This document shows positions 22,697-30,901 of a DNA stretch of 32,000 nt, piece after piece (position 1 is the first letter of the stretch; every line of letters begins with the position of its first letter). Source of the stretch: Candidatus Saccharimonadota bacterium (GTDB lineage Bacteria; Patescibacteriota; Gracilibacteria; UBA1369; 2-02-FULL-48-14). The stretch spans positions 510,001 through 542,000 of the forward strand of contig JBAZVE010000001.1 of NCBI GenBank assembly GCA_041661045.1. The letters are read 5' to 3'. A model generated the notes under the pieces. The model was given only the letters and a program-made list of their open reading frames with translations. It did not search any database and was not told where the DNA came from. The translations under genes were made by a program, and so were the position numbers.

Positions 22697-22730
22697 TGTT
22701 CTGTGATGAAGAAAAAAGCCCAAAATGCAC

Positions 22731-23024
22731 TTATCTTTCTAAATTTTCTTTTCCTTGATCCCAAATTAGAACCCATTGACTGCGTGAACTTTTTATTTGT
22801 TGAGTTATTCGAGGAGGCAAACTGGAAAAGTCTATGCCAGCTTCAGATCGGCTAGCAACACTACGTGGATCTGTAAACTGGTCTGGATCGAACCATTTAC
22901 GGACATTGCCTACTATTACTTGTAATTTGCCACTACGTGGGTCTTCGTCAACAATATCACCCATTGGGGTTTCGCCACCGATGACCTCTACCGTATCTCT
23001 AGCTTTTGGTACTTGATTTCGCAT
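22731..23024 (-). CDS. hypothetical protein (weak call; possibly decayed)
   Basis: Open frame MRNQVPKARDTVEVIGGETPMGDIVDEDPRSGKLQVIVGNVRKWFDPDQF... The C-terminal third is low complexity. Alternative starts at 23072 and 23081. No SD and no recognised family. Confidence 0.3.
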   Translation of the reverse strand: MRNQVPKARDTVEVIGGETPMGDIVDEDPRSGKLQVIVGNVRKWFDPDQFTDPRSVASRSEAGIDFSSLPPRITQQIKSSRSQWVLIWDQGKENLER

Positions 23025-23095
23025 ATTAAGTAAGATAAGGTTAATTGTTTGTATTTTAGCATAAATTTGCATTAATGGCAAATTGAGTGTAGGAT

Positions 23096-23104
23096 AGGTG
23101 AACT
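23096..23104. repeat. right copy of the 9-bp direct repeat AGGTGAACT
   Basis: Identical to 19995-20003. It lies at the GC-content step. Confidence 0.45.
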
Positions 23105-23136
23105 TGGGGGGCTACGAAATAGAAACGAGTTAACAA

Positions 23137-23150
23137 AAACCCCGCGGTTT
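23137..23150 (-). terminator. weak hairpin after the 154-aa gene
   Basis: Minus strand: AAACC-GCGG-GGTTT followed by TTGTT. The stem is only 5 bp. Confidence 0.25.
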
Positions 23151-23159
23151 GGGTGAGTA

Positions 23160-23624
23160 CTAATGCCCCCCACTTTCTAAGAATTTTTCTTCCAAGCCCC
23201 TCAGCTCCTCATCCGCCCTTTCTTGGTCCTCAAGCGTCCATGGTCTAATCACGGTGTTTCCATTTTCGTCCCATTCGAATGTCCATTCTCGTTGTCCGGC
23301 CGCTAGATCTGGAAGAGTTTCTCGGTCCATCGTGAGATAGACCAGCGATTCGGGGTAAAATGGACGGATTAAAGCTACAGCAATCTGTCCTTCGGGTGGA
23401 GTTAAGAGCGTCTCAGTGAAGCGTATGACCTCCGCGGAGTTTTCTTCTGGGCTGTGCAGGTATGCTTCTAGCCAAGCACGAACGCTATCTCGCGATTCGT
23501 CGTCCAGCAACATTAAGAAGTCTGATGGGCCTAATATTACCCCTTTGGTTAGAGTACTGCCGCGCTCTGGATTCAAGTTTAGGACCACAGGTATCTCAGT
23601 AGTTCCAATTATAGTGGGCGGCAT
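23160..23624 (-). CDS. hypothetical protein, 154 aa, acidic C-terminus
   Basis: Clean ORF with core-like GC (55% in 23161-23220). ATG start. No recognised motif. Confidence 0.55.
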   Translation of the reverse strand: MPPTIIGTTEIPVVLNLNPERGSTLTKGVILGPSDFLMLLDDESRDSVRAWLEAYLHSPEENSAEVIRFTETLLTPPEGQIAVALIRPFYPESLVYLTMDRETLPDLAAGQREWTFEWDENGNTVIRPWTLEDQERADEELRGLEEKFLESGGH

Positions 23625-23681
23625 CGGATGCTGGTTAAATTATGGTTCGTGAGTTTAGCTGGTGTGAGAAAAAACTACAAG

Positions 23682-23705
23682 AAAACCCCTCCGAAGAGGG
23701 GTTTT
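23682..23705 (-). terminator. rho-independent terminator of hup
   Basis: Perfect 10-bp stem aaaacccctc/gaggggtttt with a cgaa loop. On the minus strand the stem ends in UUUU and is followed by a U-rich stretch. It starts 26 nt after the hup stop. Confidence 0.7.
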
Positions 23706-23730
23706 GAATCACAAAGTGAGAGTCGAGTGA

Positions 23731-24006
23731 CTATCGAACGGCGTCCTTGAGGGATTTTCCAGCCTTGAAAGCAGGAAGAACCATTGCTGGGATCTTGATT
23801 TTTTGGCTTGGGTTGCGAGGGTTAACACCTGTGCGAGAAGCGCGCTTTGAAACTCGGAAAGTTCCGAATCCGGTCAGCGTAACGCTTTGTCCTTTGGAAA
23901 GGCTCTTGGTTACAGCTTCGAGAACAGACTCAAGAGCTTGAGTGGCTGCCTTCTTTGTGATGCCTGCACTTTGTGCGGCAATGTTGATAAGATCACCTTT
24001 TGTCAT
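23731..24006 (-). CDS. hup: HU family DNA-binding protein
   Basis: MTKGDLINIAAQSAGITKKAATQALESVLEAV...GFGTFRVSKRASRTGVNPRNP..IKIPA. 91 aa. Confidence 0.9.
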   Translation of the reverse strand: MTKGDLINIAAQSAGITKKAATQALESVLEAVTKSLSKGQSVTLTGFGTFRVSKRASRTGVNPRNPSQKIKIPAMVLPAFKAGKSLKDAVR

Positions 24007-24036
24007 GGCGGTGGAGTTAGAGATAAATCACGGCTT

Positions 24037-24064
24037 ATTATAAAGCTCAAACGCGTTAAGACAA
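24037..24064 (-). promoter_or_regulatory. candidate hup promoter
   Basis: Minus strand: TTGTCT (24064-24059), 16-nt spacer, perfect TATAAT (24042-24037). Confidence 0.45.
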
Positions 24065-24085
24065 GCAAAAAGAAATCTTCTTTAT

Positions 24086-24115
24086 TTGACAAAGATGCGG
24101 CTTCATCCCTATGGT
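24086..24115 (+). promoter_or_regulatory. candidate topA promoter, near-leaderless spacing
   Basis: TTGACA (24086-24091), 18-nt spacer, TATGGT (24110-24115). It ends 8 nt before ATG 24124. Confidence 0.35.
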
Positions 24116-24123
24116 ATGCCCGC

Positions 24124-26349
24124 ATGCCAGCAAAAAATTTAGTCATTGTAGAATCGCCTGGAAAGATCAAAACGATCTCCAAATATTTGGGGTCCGATTA
24201 TCTAGTTATGGCTTCTATGGGCCATGTTCGCGATCTTCCCAAGACTAAAATGGGGATTGATACCGAGCACAATTTTGAGCCCAAGTACATTATTCCCAAA
24301 GAGAAGCAAAAAGTCATCAGTGGGCTGAAGGCCAAAATAAAGAAAGACACCACCGTTTACATCGCGACTGACGAGGACCGCGAAGGGGAGGCGATTGGAT
24401 GGCATTTGGTGGAGGCGCTGGAACTCACGAAGCAAAAAGACTTGAAACGCATTGTGTTCCATGAAATCACCAAACCCGCGATTTTGGAGGCGATTGCAAA
24501 TCCACGAAGCATCGACAAACATTTGGTGGACGCGCAGCAGGCGCGCCGCATTTTGGACCGTTTGGTGGGATATGAACTCTCGCCGCTTTTGTGGAAAAAA
24601 ATCAAATACGGACTTAGTGCCGGACGCGTGCAAAGTGTGGCGGTGCGATTGGTGGCGGATCGTGAACGAGAAATCATGGCCTTTAAGCCGGAAGAATATT
24701 GGAGCCTTACCGCGGAGATGACTCCTGAAAAGAGTAAGGATGTCTTTACCGCCAAGCTCACAAAATTCAAAGGGGAGGCTTTAAAAGTTACGAACGAAAA
24801 GCAATCCACAGACATTTTAAAGGATCTCGACGGGGCGGCGTACGAAGTCACCAGCGTGGAGAAAAAGGAAAGCAATCGTAATCCGGCTCCGCCCTTCACC
24901 ACTTCCACTTTGCAACAGGAAGCAGCGCGAAAACTCGGCTTTTCCGTGAAGAAAACCATGATGGTGGCGCAACGATTGTATGAAGGTGTGGAACTGGACA
25001 CGGGGCATGAAGGTCTCATTAGCTACATGCGTACCGACAGCGTGAATATTTCACAAATTGCACTCAAGCAAGCTCAGGAAGTTATTGCTAAAGAATTTGG
25101 AAAAGAATATGGGCTCAAAGAACCACGGCTTTATAAAGGTAAAAAGGGTGCACAGGAAGCGCACGAGGCCATTCGACCTTCGGACCTTTCACGGACGCCG
25201 GATTCCATCAAAAAGTATCTGGAAAAAGATGAACTGCGACTCTATGAACTCATTTGGAAACGAACGCTGGCGTGCCAAATGGCGCCGGCTATTTTGGATC
25301 AAGTGGGCGTGGACATTGAGGCGAACGGATATACTTTTCGAGCCACCGGACAGACCGTTCGTTTTGCAGGATTCATGCAGGTGTATTTGGAGGGCATGGA
25401 CGATGAGGATGAGGAAGAAGAGGGCATTTTGCCCGAACTCACCGAAGGCGAGCACCCCAAACTCAAAAAACTTTTGCCCGAGCAGCATTTTACCAAGCCA
25501 CCCGCACGGTACACGGAAGCGAGCTTGGTTAAAAAGTTGGAAGCGGAAGGCATTGGACGACCATCTACTTACGCGCCCACCATTTCAACGGTGCTCACGC
25601 GAGGGTACATAGAAAAGGATGCGAAGCAGCTCAAGCCCACAGACATTGGATTTTTGGTGAATGACTTTTTGGTGGAACACTTTCCAAAAGTGCTCGATTA
25701 CCAGTTTACGGCGCGAATGGAAGAAATGCTTGATGAGGTGGAGGACGGAAAAGAGCAATGGCAGGAGGAAATCCGCGAATTTTATGAGCCTTTCCACAAA
25801 TTGGTGGAGGATAAAATGGAGAACATTAAAAAGGAAGATGTAATCACCGAAAAGACGGATGAAATTTGCGACCAATGTGGCAAACCGATGATGATTAAAT
25901 TTGGGCGCTATGGGAAATTCTTGTCTTGTACCAACTTCCCCGCATGTAAAAATGCCAAGCCGCTGGATGAGGCGACTGGAGGGGTGGACGAGGTGAAGGA
26001 AAAGGAAATGGAGGATTTGCAGAAAAAACTGGGAGGCAAAAAGTGTCCCAAGTGCGGCAAGCCCATGGAGGTGAAGACCGGGCGCTTTGGTTCGTACTTG
26101 GCGTGTACGGATTATCCTGCTTGTAAGACCAGCGAAACTATTTTGAAAACCATTGGAATTAAGTGTCCGGAATGTGGAAAGGGGGATTTGGTGGAGAGGC
26201 ACACTCGCAAGGGAGGCAAACCTTTTTACGGTTGCAATAAATACCCCAAATGTAAGTTCGCGGTTTGGGAAAAGCCTAGCTCAAGCGAGCACGCGGCTGA
26301 ATTGAAAGCGGCGCAGGGGAAAAAGAAAAAGGAGAAAGAAGAGGAGTAG
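24124..26349 (+). CDS. topA: DNA topoisomerase I
   Basis: Toprim LVIVESPGKIKTISKYLG and ATDEDREGEAI. Active-site region ISYMRTDS. Three C-terminal C4 zinc ribbons and a Lys/Glu tail. The track ORF start at 23887 overlaps hup and is an extension. Confidence 0.95.
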   Translation: MPAKNLVIVESPGKIKTISKYLGSDYLVMASMGHVRDLPKTKMGIDTEHNFEPKYIIPKEKQKVISGLKAKIKKDTTVYIATDEDREGEAIGWHLVEALELTKQKDLKRIVFHEITKPAILEAIANPRSIDKHLVDAQQARRILDRLVGYELSPLLWKKIKYGLSAGRVQSVAVRLVADREREIMAFKPEEYWSLTAEMTPEKSKDVFTAKLTKFKGEALKVTNEKQSTDILKDLDGAAYEVTSVEKKESNRNPAPPFTTSTLQQEAARKLGFSVKKTMMVAQRLYEGVELDTGHEGLISYMRTDSVNISQIALKQAQEVIAKEFGKEYGLKEPRLYKGKKGAQEAHEAIRPSDLSRTPDSIKKYLEKDELRLYELIWKRTLACQMAPAILDQVGVDIEANGYTFRATGQTVRFAGFMQVYLEGMDDEDEEEEGILPELTEGEHPKLKKLLPEQHFTKPPARYTEASLVKKLEAEGIGRPSTYAPTISTVLTRGYIEKDAKQLKPTDIGFLVNDFLVEHFPKVLDYQFTARMEEMLDEVEDGKEQWQEEIREFYEPFHKLVEDKMENIKKEDVITEKTDEICDQCGKPMMIKFGRYGKFLSCTNFPACKNAKPLDEATGGVDEVKEKEMEDLQKKLGGKKCPKCGKPMEVKTGRFGSYLACTDYPACKTSETILKTIGIKCPECGKGDLVERHTRKGGKPFYGCNKYPKCKFAVWEKPSSSEHAAELKAAQGKKKKEKEEE

Positions 26350-26409
26350 GGAAAGGCCTTGGAAAGGGACCTGTGGTTTGCTAAAGTGGAGCCACTCTAC
26401 ACCTCGTCT

Positions 26410-29199
26410 ATGAAAAAACTGTTCCATGTCTTGCTTGTTGCTTTGTTGGTGAGCCCTATTTTGGTAAATCAGGCGCAAAGCTTACTTTCATTTGATGACA
26501 ATCCGGGTGATGGTTTTGCCGTGGGGGATGAGTGTGGATTTATTTATGGAGCCGCCACGCCCGCTTCCGGCTATGGAACCCTTTCTTTTGACGAAGTTTC
26601 CAATATGGATCAAGGATGTGTGGAGCAGAGTGGATATTTTTATTCTGGTAGCGGTAGAGAATCTTTGGCGTATTACTATCCTGCGGATCCTGAGACCGAC
26701 CCCAATTCGTATACGCTTGATTTTGATTACGACGCCAACACCTCCGTTTTTGTGGACCCGGTCACGGGGCTTTGGAGCGGCAAGGCAAAGTTGCTCAGCT
26801 CGACGGCGACAATTCCTTTTGCACAAAGTGGAATTGAATTTGAGTGGAACTGTACGCCCGTGAACCCCAGTGCACTCTGCAATGAGGACCCTGCAAACTA
26901 TTTCGTCCGCACGAATCTTACGACGGGAGAAGTTGGAGGATACGCCTGGAGCCCTTACCTTAAGAAATTTATTTCTTTCCATGGATTTCAACAGGAACTG
27001 GCTCCGCAGAACATCGAAACTTATGTGAGCATTTATGCAAATGACAGTGCTTGGGATGCCGATAGCGTGGCTTATGAGAATGCTCCTCTTGCGGATGGAG
27101 CGGAATTTTGGCGCGTACAAGTGCAGTTTTGGGACAGCACGCGAGTGGAATTCATAGATCCTTATGAGCTCACTTCCATTGGAATGGAAGTGGTGGAGAC
27201 CGATGACTCCAGAGTGTACCTCAATCAGGTGGAGAACACCGGGGATGCCATTGTGGAAAGCCATAGCAATACTTATCCCTATGATTGTTCTTCGGCTTTT
27301 GATGCGATGGCTTCCACAGTGTGCACCATTCAAGAGGCTGGTGACGATGGGCTTATGAACACTGAGGACGATTCTTGGAGCTTCAATACTTTTATTTACT
27401 CCTCTTCGCCCACCTCCAATATGCTTGGGCTCAATGACGATACGGATGCGGCGATTGAATATTATTCCGATCGTGATGGATGCCGATGGATTTACCCGGA
27501 CCAGGAAGAGGGAGAAGAAACTCTTGTTAGCCCAGGCGTTGCTGACTGTCCGGATGGATCCGGAGACACGAGTCTCAGTAAGGCGGATGTTTTTCAGAAT
27601 CGACAAGTGGACCGGAATCAATATATTATTGATCACTTGGCCTTGGACCTTGAATTTAGGGCTGACCGAGAAGTGGTGCTTGGAACGAGCGATTCTTTGG
27701 TGCAGGTGGATGAGAACACCTGGCATTACTTCCCCGGCACCGATTTGGGAACACTTTCTTATCGCCCGAGATTCTTGCTCAACGAATTTGTGATGGTTTC
27801 GGATGGGGTGGAGTACAGCAGTCTTTTTAATGAAAATGAGGATGCAGAAATGCAGTTGCGGACGAGGGCCACCGTTTCTGATACCTCAGCGGCGTACCAA
27901 GCTCAGTGGGGGGCGGGCAGCGAACAGCCCACTTATTTTGTGAACTATCAAATGGATGTGAACTCGGATCCGGCTGAATTTGTGGCTGGGGATTTGAGGC
28001 TTTTGATTGATGTGGACGCTCCGGGTTCTGCTGATGCCGACAATGCGGATGAGACTCGTCGAATGGACACCCTGACGCCACCAAATTCCGCCTACACCAA
28101 TTACTTTAGATCTTATGTCCTTGAGTACGGGCAGTCGGATGCGGCTTGTGCGTTAACCATGATTCGTTGTGTTGTGGCACCTCGGAATACCGTGGACGAC
28201 CCCACGGCTGAACAGTGGGTGTGTGACACGGCGGCGCAGCGAGGAAACGGAGCAGATTCCTGTTACTACACGGATTACTTGCCTCACATCGACAGGCATG
28301 CGGATCCCGAAAGCATGTTGGTGATTGGTGCCATCAATGCATCTATTGATGCCAACGCGGTGCTTGAAGAAATGTCCGGCGGGGATGGGATTTCTGTTTT
28401 GGGAAACACGGAAACCATTGATTTGCGGAATCAAATGTATGCGCAAGTGGCGCGATATATTTTGGGTCAAAGCGCCAGCTCGGGAAGTTTTGATACCAGT
28501 GGCCGGGCTTCGGGCGGGCTCAAGCAGCTCATGGGTGGACGGTTGGTTTATGCCGAGGGAGATGTGAGCATTAATGGTTTTGACGGAAACCCCAAAACTT
28601 TGGTGGTGATTGGAGGCGATGTGTTCATCAATTCAGATATTGTGGATGGAAGAATGGGGATTATTGCTTTTAAAAAGGATGGAGTGGGGGGCAACGCCTA
28701 CATTCGTAATGATGTGACGGACTTGAACGCCAATATCTTTTTGGATGGAAGCCTCTTCAGCAGCACCGGTACGGCTCCCGTGGGGCAAGTGTATCCCTCT
28801 TGGGATAGCGATGAAGAACGATTGGAGGCCTTGATGCATCAGCTCTATTTGAGAGGATCTTTGGTCTCGCTCAACACGGTGAACGGAAGCATTGCGACTG
28901 GGGTGCTTGGTGGAGTGGACGCTATTGAGTACTACACGCTTGGAGACGGCACGACCACGGAGACTTATGACATTGCGCGAGAATATGACCTCAATTTGCT
29001 CCGTCAATTCCGCCGTTGTCACCCGGTGGTGGATGGAGTTTTGGATACCGGTGAATGGCTTGAGTGTGAAGAAGGCGAACAGCTCTCCAATTACGCGGCG
29101 GAGCATGGAGGGGAAGTGGTCTACAACTCCTTTATTTTAGAATACGAACCGGCGGATCAGTTGCCGGTGTTTCAGGTTGGAGCGGGCCTTTTTGATTGA
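26410..29199 (+). CDS. large secreted acidic protein of unknown function (929 aa)
   Basis: Signal peptide MKKLFHVLLVALLVSPILVNQAQS. 16 cysteines in apparent pairs. Asp/Glu-rich. The C-terminal segment GDVSINGFDGNPKTLVVIGGDVFINSDIVDGRMGIIAF..NAYIRNDVTDLNANIFLDGSLF looks beta-helix-like. Confidence 0.7.
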   Translation: MKKLFHVLLVALLVSPILVNQAQSLLSFDDNPGDGFAVGDECGFIYGAATPASGYGTLSFDEVSNMDQGCVEQSGYFYSGSGRESLAYYYPADPETDPNSYTLDFDYDANTSVFVDPVTGLWSGKAKLLSSTATIPFAQSGIEFEWNCTPVNPSALCNEDPANYFVRTNLTTGEVGGYAWSPYLKKFISFHGFQQELAPQNIETYVSIYANDSAWDADSVAYENAPLADGAEFWRVQVQFWDSTRVEFIDPYELTSIGMEVVETDDSRVYLNQVENTGDAIVESHSNTYPYDCSSAFDAMASTVCTIQEAGDDGLMNTEDDSWSFNTFIYSSSPTSNMLGLNDDTDAAIEYYSDRDGCRWIYPDQEEGEETLVSPGVADCPDGSGDTSLSKADVFQNRQVDRNQYIIDHLALDLEFRADREVVLGTSDSLVQVDENTWHYFPGTDLGTLSYRPRFLLNEFVMVSDGVEYSSLFNENEDAEMQLRTRATVSDTSAAYQAQWGAGSEQPTYFVNYQMDVNSDPAEFVAGDLRLLIDVDAPGSADADNADETRRMDTLTPPNSAYTNYFRSYVLEYGQSDAACALTMIRCVVAPRNTVDDPTAEQWVCDTAAQRGNGADSCYYTDYLPHIDRHADPESMLVIGAINASIDANAVLEEMSGGDGISVLGNTETIDLRNQMYAQVARYILGQSASSGSFDTSGRASGGLKQLMGGRLVYAEGDVSINGFDGNPKTLVVIGGDVFINSDIVDGRMGIIAFKKDGVGGNAYIRNDVTDLNANIFLDGSLFSSTGTAPVGQVYPSWDSDEERLEALMHQLYLRGSLVSLNTVNGSIATGVLGGVDAIEYYTLGDGTTTETYDIAREYDLNLLRQFRRCHPVVDGVLDTGEWLECEEGEQLSNYAAEHGGEVVYNSFILEYEPADQLPVFQVGAGLFD

Positions 29200-29218
29200 T
29201 ACAGCGGTGCGGTAGAGC

Positions 29219-29416
29219 CTAGAACAAAAACATTCCGTAAAACGACAGCAGGGCGATAATGAGCACTGCGCTGGATATCACAAAAAAGATGGTGAGGTAA
29301 ACGGTTCGTTGGCTTAAAAAGCGGAATCGGGCCGCGTGTTTGATGGTGAGGCTGGAATAAAAGAGATAAACCAGAATGAAAATGGCGATGGCAATTCCGA
29401 CAAGAAGCTGAGGCAT
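29219..29416 (-). CDS. small two-TM membrane protein (65 aa)
   Basis: MPQLLVGIAIAIFILVYLFY...VYLTIFFVISSAVLIIALLSFYGMFLF. ATG lies 8 nt after the phosphohexomutase stop. The longer track ORF (to 29590) overlaps that gene. Confidence 0.45.
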   Translation of the reverse strand: MPQLLVGIAIAIFILVYLFYSSLTIKHAARFRFLSQRTVYLTIFFVISSAVLIIALLSFYGMFLF

Positions 29417-29423
29417 AATGTGA

Positions 29424-30830
29424 TTATTTAAATTGTTTTGCCCACCAGAGGTCGATTTCCGGGTATTTTTCGAGCTCTTCCAACATGATTTGGATGATTT
29501 CTTTGAGGTGTTCCGGGGTGGGGGCCTCAAAGCGTAAAGTGAGGTTTGGCGAAGTATTGCTGCAACGCACGGCGCCCCAAGAATGGGCATCGAAGTTCAC
29601 GCGAATACCATCGATGGTGATGGAAGGATATTTGGCACCGAGGTTTTTGGCAATTTCTTCGACGATGGCGAATTTTTTATCGTCAGGGCAGGGAGATTTG
29701 AACTCCGGAGTGGAGGCGGTTTGCGGGACTTCTGTAAATAGTGAAGAGAAAGAATTTGGGCTGCGGGAAAGGATTTCCAGGAGGCGCGCCGCTCCAAGAA
29801 AGGCGTCGTCGAAACCATAATAGTTCTCAGCAAAAAACAAGTGTCCGCTGATCTCGCCGCCGAGCGGCGCGCCCTCTTCCAACATTGTTTTTTCAATAAA
29901 AGAATGTCCGGTTTTAGCCATCACCGGGATGCCTCCGTGGGCTTTGATGTCGTCGATGAGCACTTGGGAAACTTTGACATCAAACACAACTTTTGAGCCC
30001 GGTTTGCGAGAAAGCAGGTCTCTGGCAACCTGTAAAAGCAAGAGGTCCGCTTGGTAGTGCTTTCCGGTTTCGTCCACCACGCCCACACGGTCTCCATCTC
30101 CATCAAAACCCAAGCCCAAATCCGCATGCTCCGCCTTCACGGCAGCGATTAAATCTTGCATGTTTTCCACTTCTTCCGGGTTTGCCTCGTGATTGGGAAA
30201 GTTTCCGTCCGGTTCCGTGAAGAGTGGAATCACCGTACAGCCCAAGCTTTCGAAAAACTGTTTTACAAAAGGCCCCGTGGCTCCGTTTCCGCTGTCCACC
30301 ACCACTTTGAGTGGTCGTTCGATCTTTACAATGGATTGCAGCTTTTCCAGGTAAGCGGGGAAGGCATCGAGCGTTTTGAGCTCCCCTTGGCCGACTTCAA
30401 AATCTTCCGCTTGGATCAGTTTGAGCACTTCCTGCAACTCGTCTCCACAAATGGAATGGGCGTTTTTACCCACCAGCTTTACTCCGTTGTATTCTTTGGG
30501 ATTGTGACTTGCGGTGATGCTGGCCCCTCCGTCAAAGCCAAAATGGCAGACGCTGAAATAAAGGAGGGGAGTGAAGACCATGCCCAAAACCGTGACGGTG
30601 CATCCTGTACTGAGCACCCCATCAATAAAGGCATTCGCCAGCTCCGGGTTGCTGATGCGGCAGTCGTAACCCACGGCTAAATTTGTCCCAAAATGGCGCT
30701 TAAAATAAGTGCCGGAGGCCTTTCCTATCAGCCGGATGGTTTCCGGGGTGAGGTCGGGTGGATTTTCGCTCACAGGTTTGTGTGCAAATCCGCGGATGTC
30801 GTAAGCCCGAAAAATGAGAGGATTCACCAT
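29424..30830 (-). CDS. phosphomannomutase/phosphoglucomutase (alpha-D-phosphohexomutase)
   Basis: FRAYDIRG, the phosphoserine loop TASHNP, the Mg site FDGDGDRVG and the sugar loop GEISGH. ATG 30830 is preferred over GTG 30836. Confidence 0.9.
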   Translation of the reverse strand: MVNPLIFRAYDIRGFAHKPVSENPPDLTPETIRLIGKASGTYFKRHFGTNLAVGYDCRISNPELANAFIDGVLSTGCTVTVLGMVFTPLLYFSVCHFGFDGGASITASHNPKEYNGVKLVGKNAHSICGDELQEVLKLIQAEDFEVGQGELKTLDAFPAYLEKLQSIVKIERPLKVVVDSGNGATGPFVKQFFESLGCTVIPLFTEPDGNFPNHEANPEEVENMQDLIAAVKAEHADLGLGFDGDGDRVGVVDETGKHYQADLLLLQVARDLLSRKPGSKVVFDVKVSQVLIDDIKAHGGIPVMAKTGHSFIEKTMLEEGAPLGGEISGHLFFAENYYGFDDAFLGAARLLEILSRSPNSFSSLFTEVPQTASTPEFKSPCPDDKKFAIVEEIAKNLGAKYPSITIDGIRVNFDAHSWGAVRCSNTSPNLTLRFEAPTPEHLKEIIQIMLEELEKYPEIDLWWAKQFK

Positions 30831-30872
30831 GGACACATCTTAGCTCAAGATCTGGTAAAAAAACCACAAAAA

Positions 30873-30881
30873 TGGTAAAAT
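30873..30881 (+). promoter_or_regulatory. candidate extended -10 promoter (TGgTAAAAT) of the GH73 gene
   Basis: TG at 30873-30874 and TAAAAT at 30876-30881, 20 nt upstream of ATG 30902. Confidence 0.35.
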
Positions 30882-30901
30882 AGTAGGATTAACATGCGCG
30901 A

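Noticed and set aside
22667-22855. Small plus-strand ORF (internal Met gives MKKKAQNALIFLNFLFLDPK...) just after the long hairpin, considered as a type I toxin
   Set aside because: The hydrophobic stretch is only about 11 residues, too short for a TM helix. The outer start is TTG and there is no ribosome-binding context. It overlaps the minus-strand ORF.
23887-24123. 79-codon N-terminal extension of the topA ORF overlapping hup on the opposite strand
   Set aside because: The extension has no topoisomerase similarity. The Toprim domain starts right after Met at 24124. A TTGACA-N18-TATGGT promoter lies inside the extension.
26488-27726. 412-aa minus-strand ORF
   Set aside because: It is antisense to the secreted-protein gene. 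It has no start context, an Ile/Arg/His-rich composition, and the sense frame has a bona fide signal peptide. A shadow ORF.
29417-29590. Longer 123-aa version of the small membrane protein ORF
   Set aside because: The extension overlaps the 3' end of the phosphohexomutase gene in another frame and is Ser/Lys/Pro-rich. The two-TM protein starts cleanly at ATG 29416.
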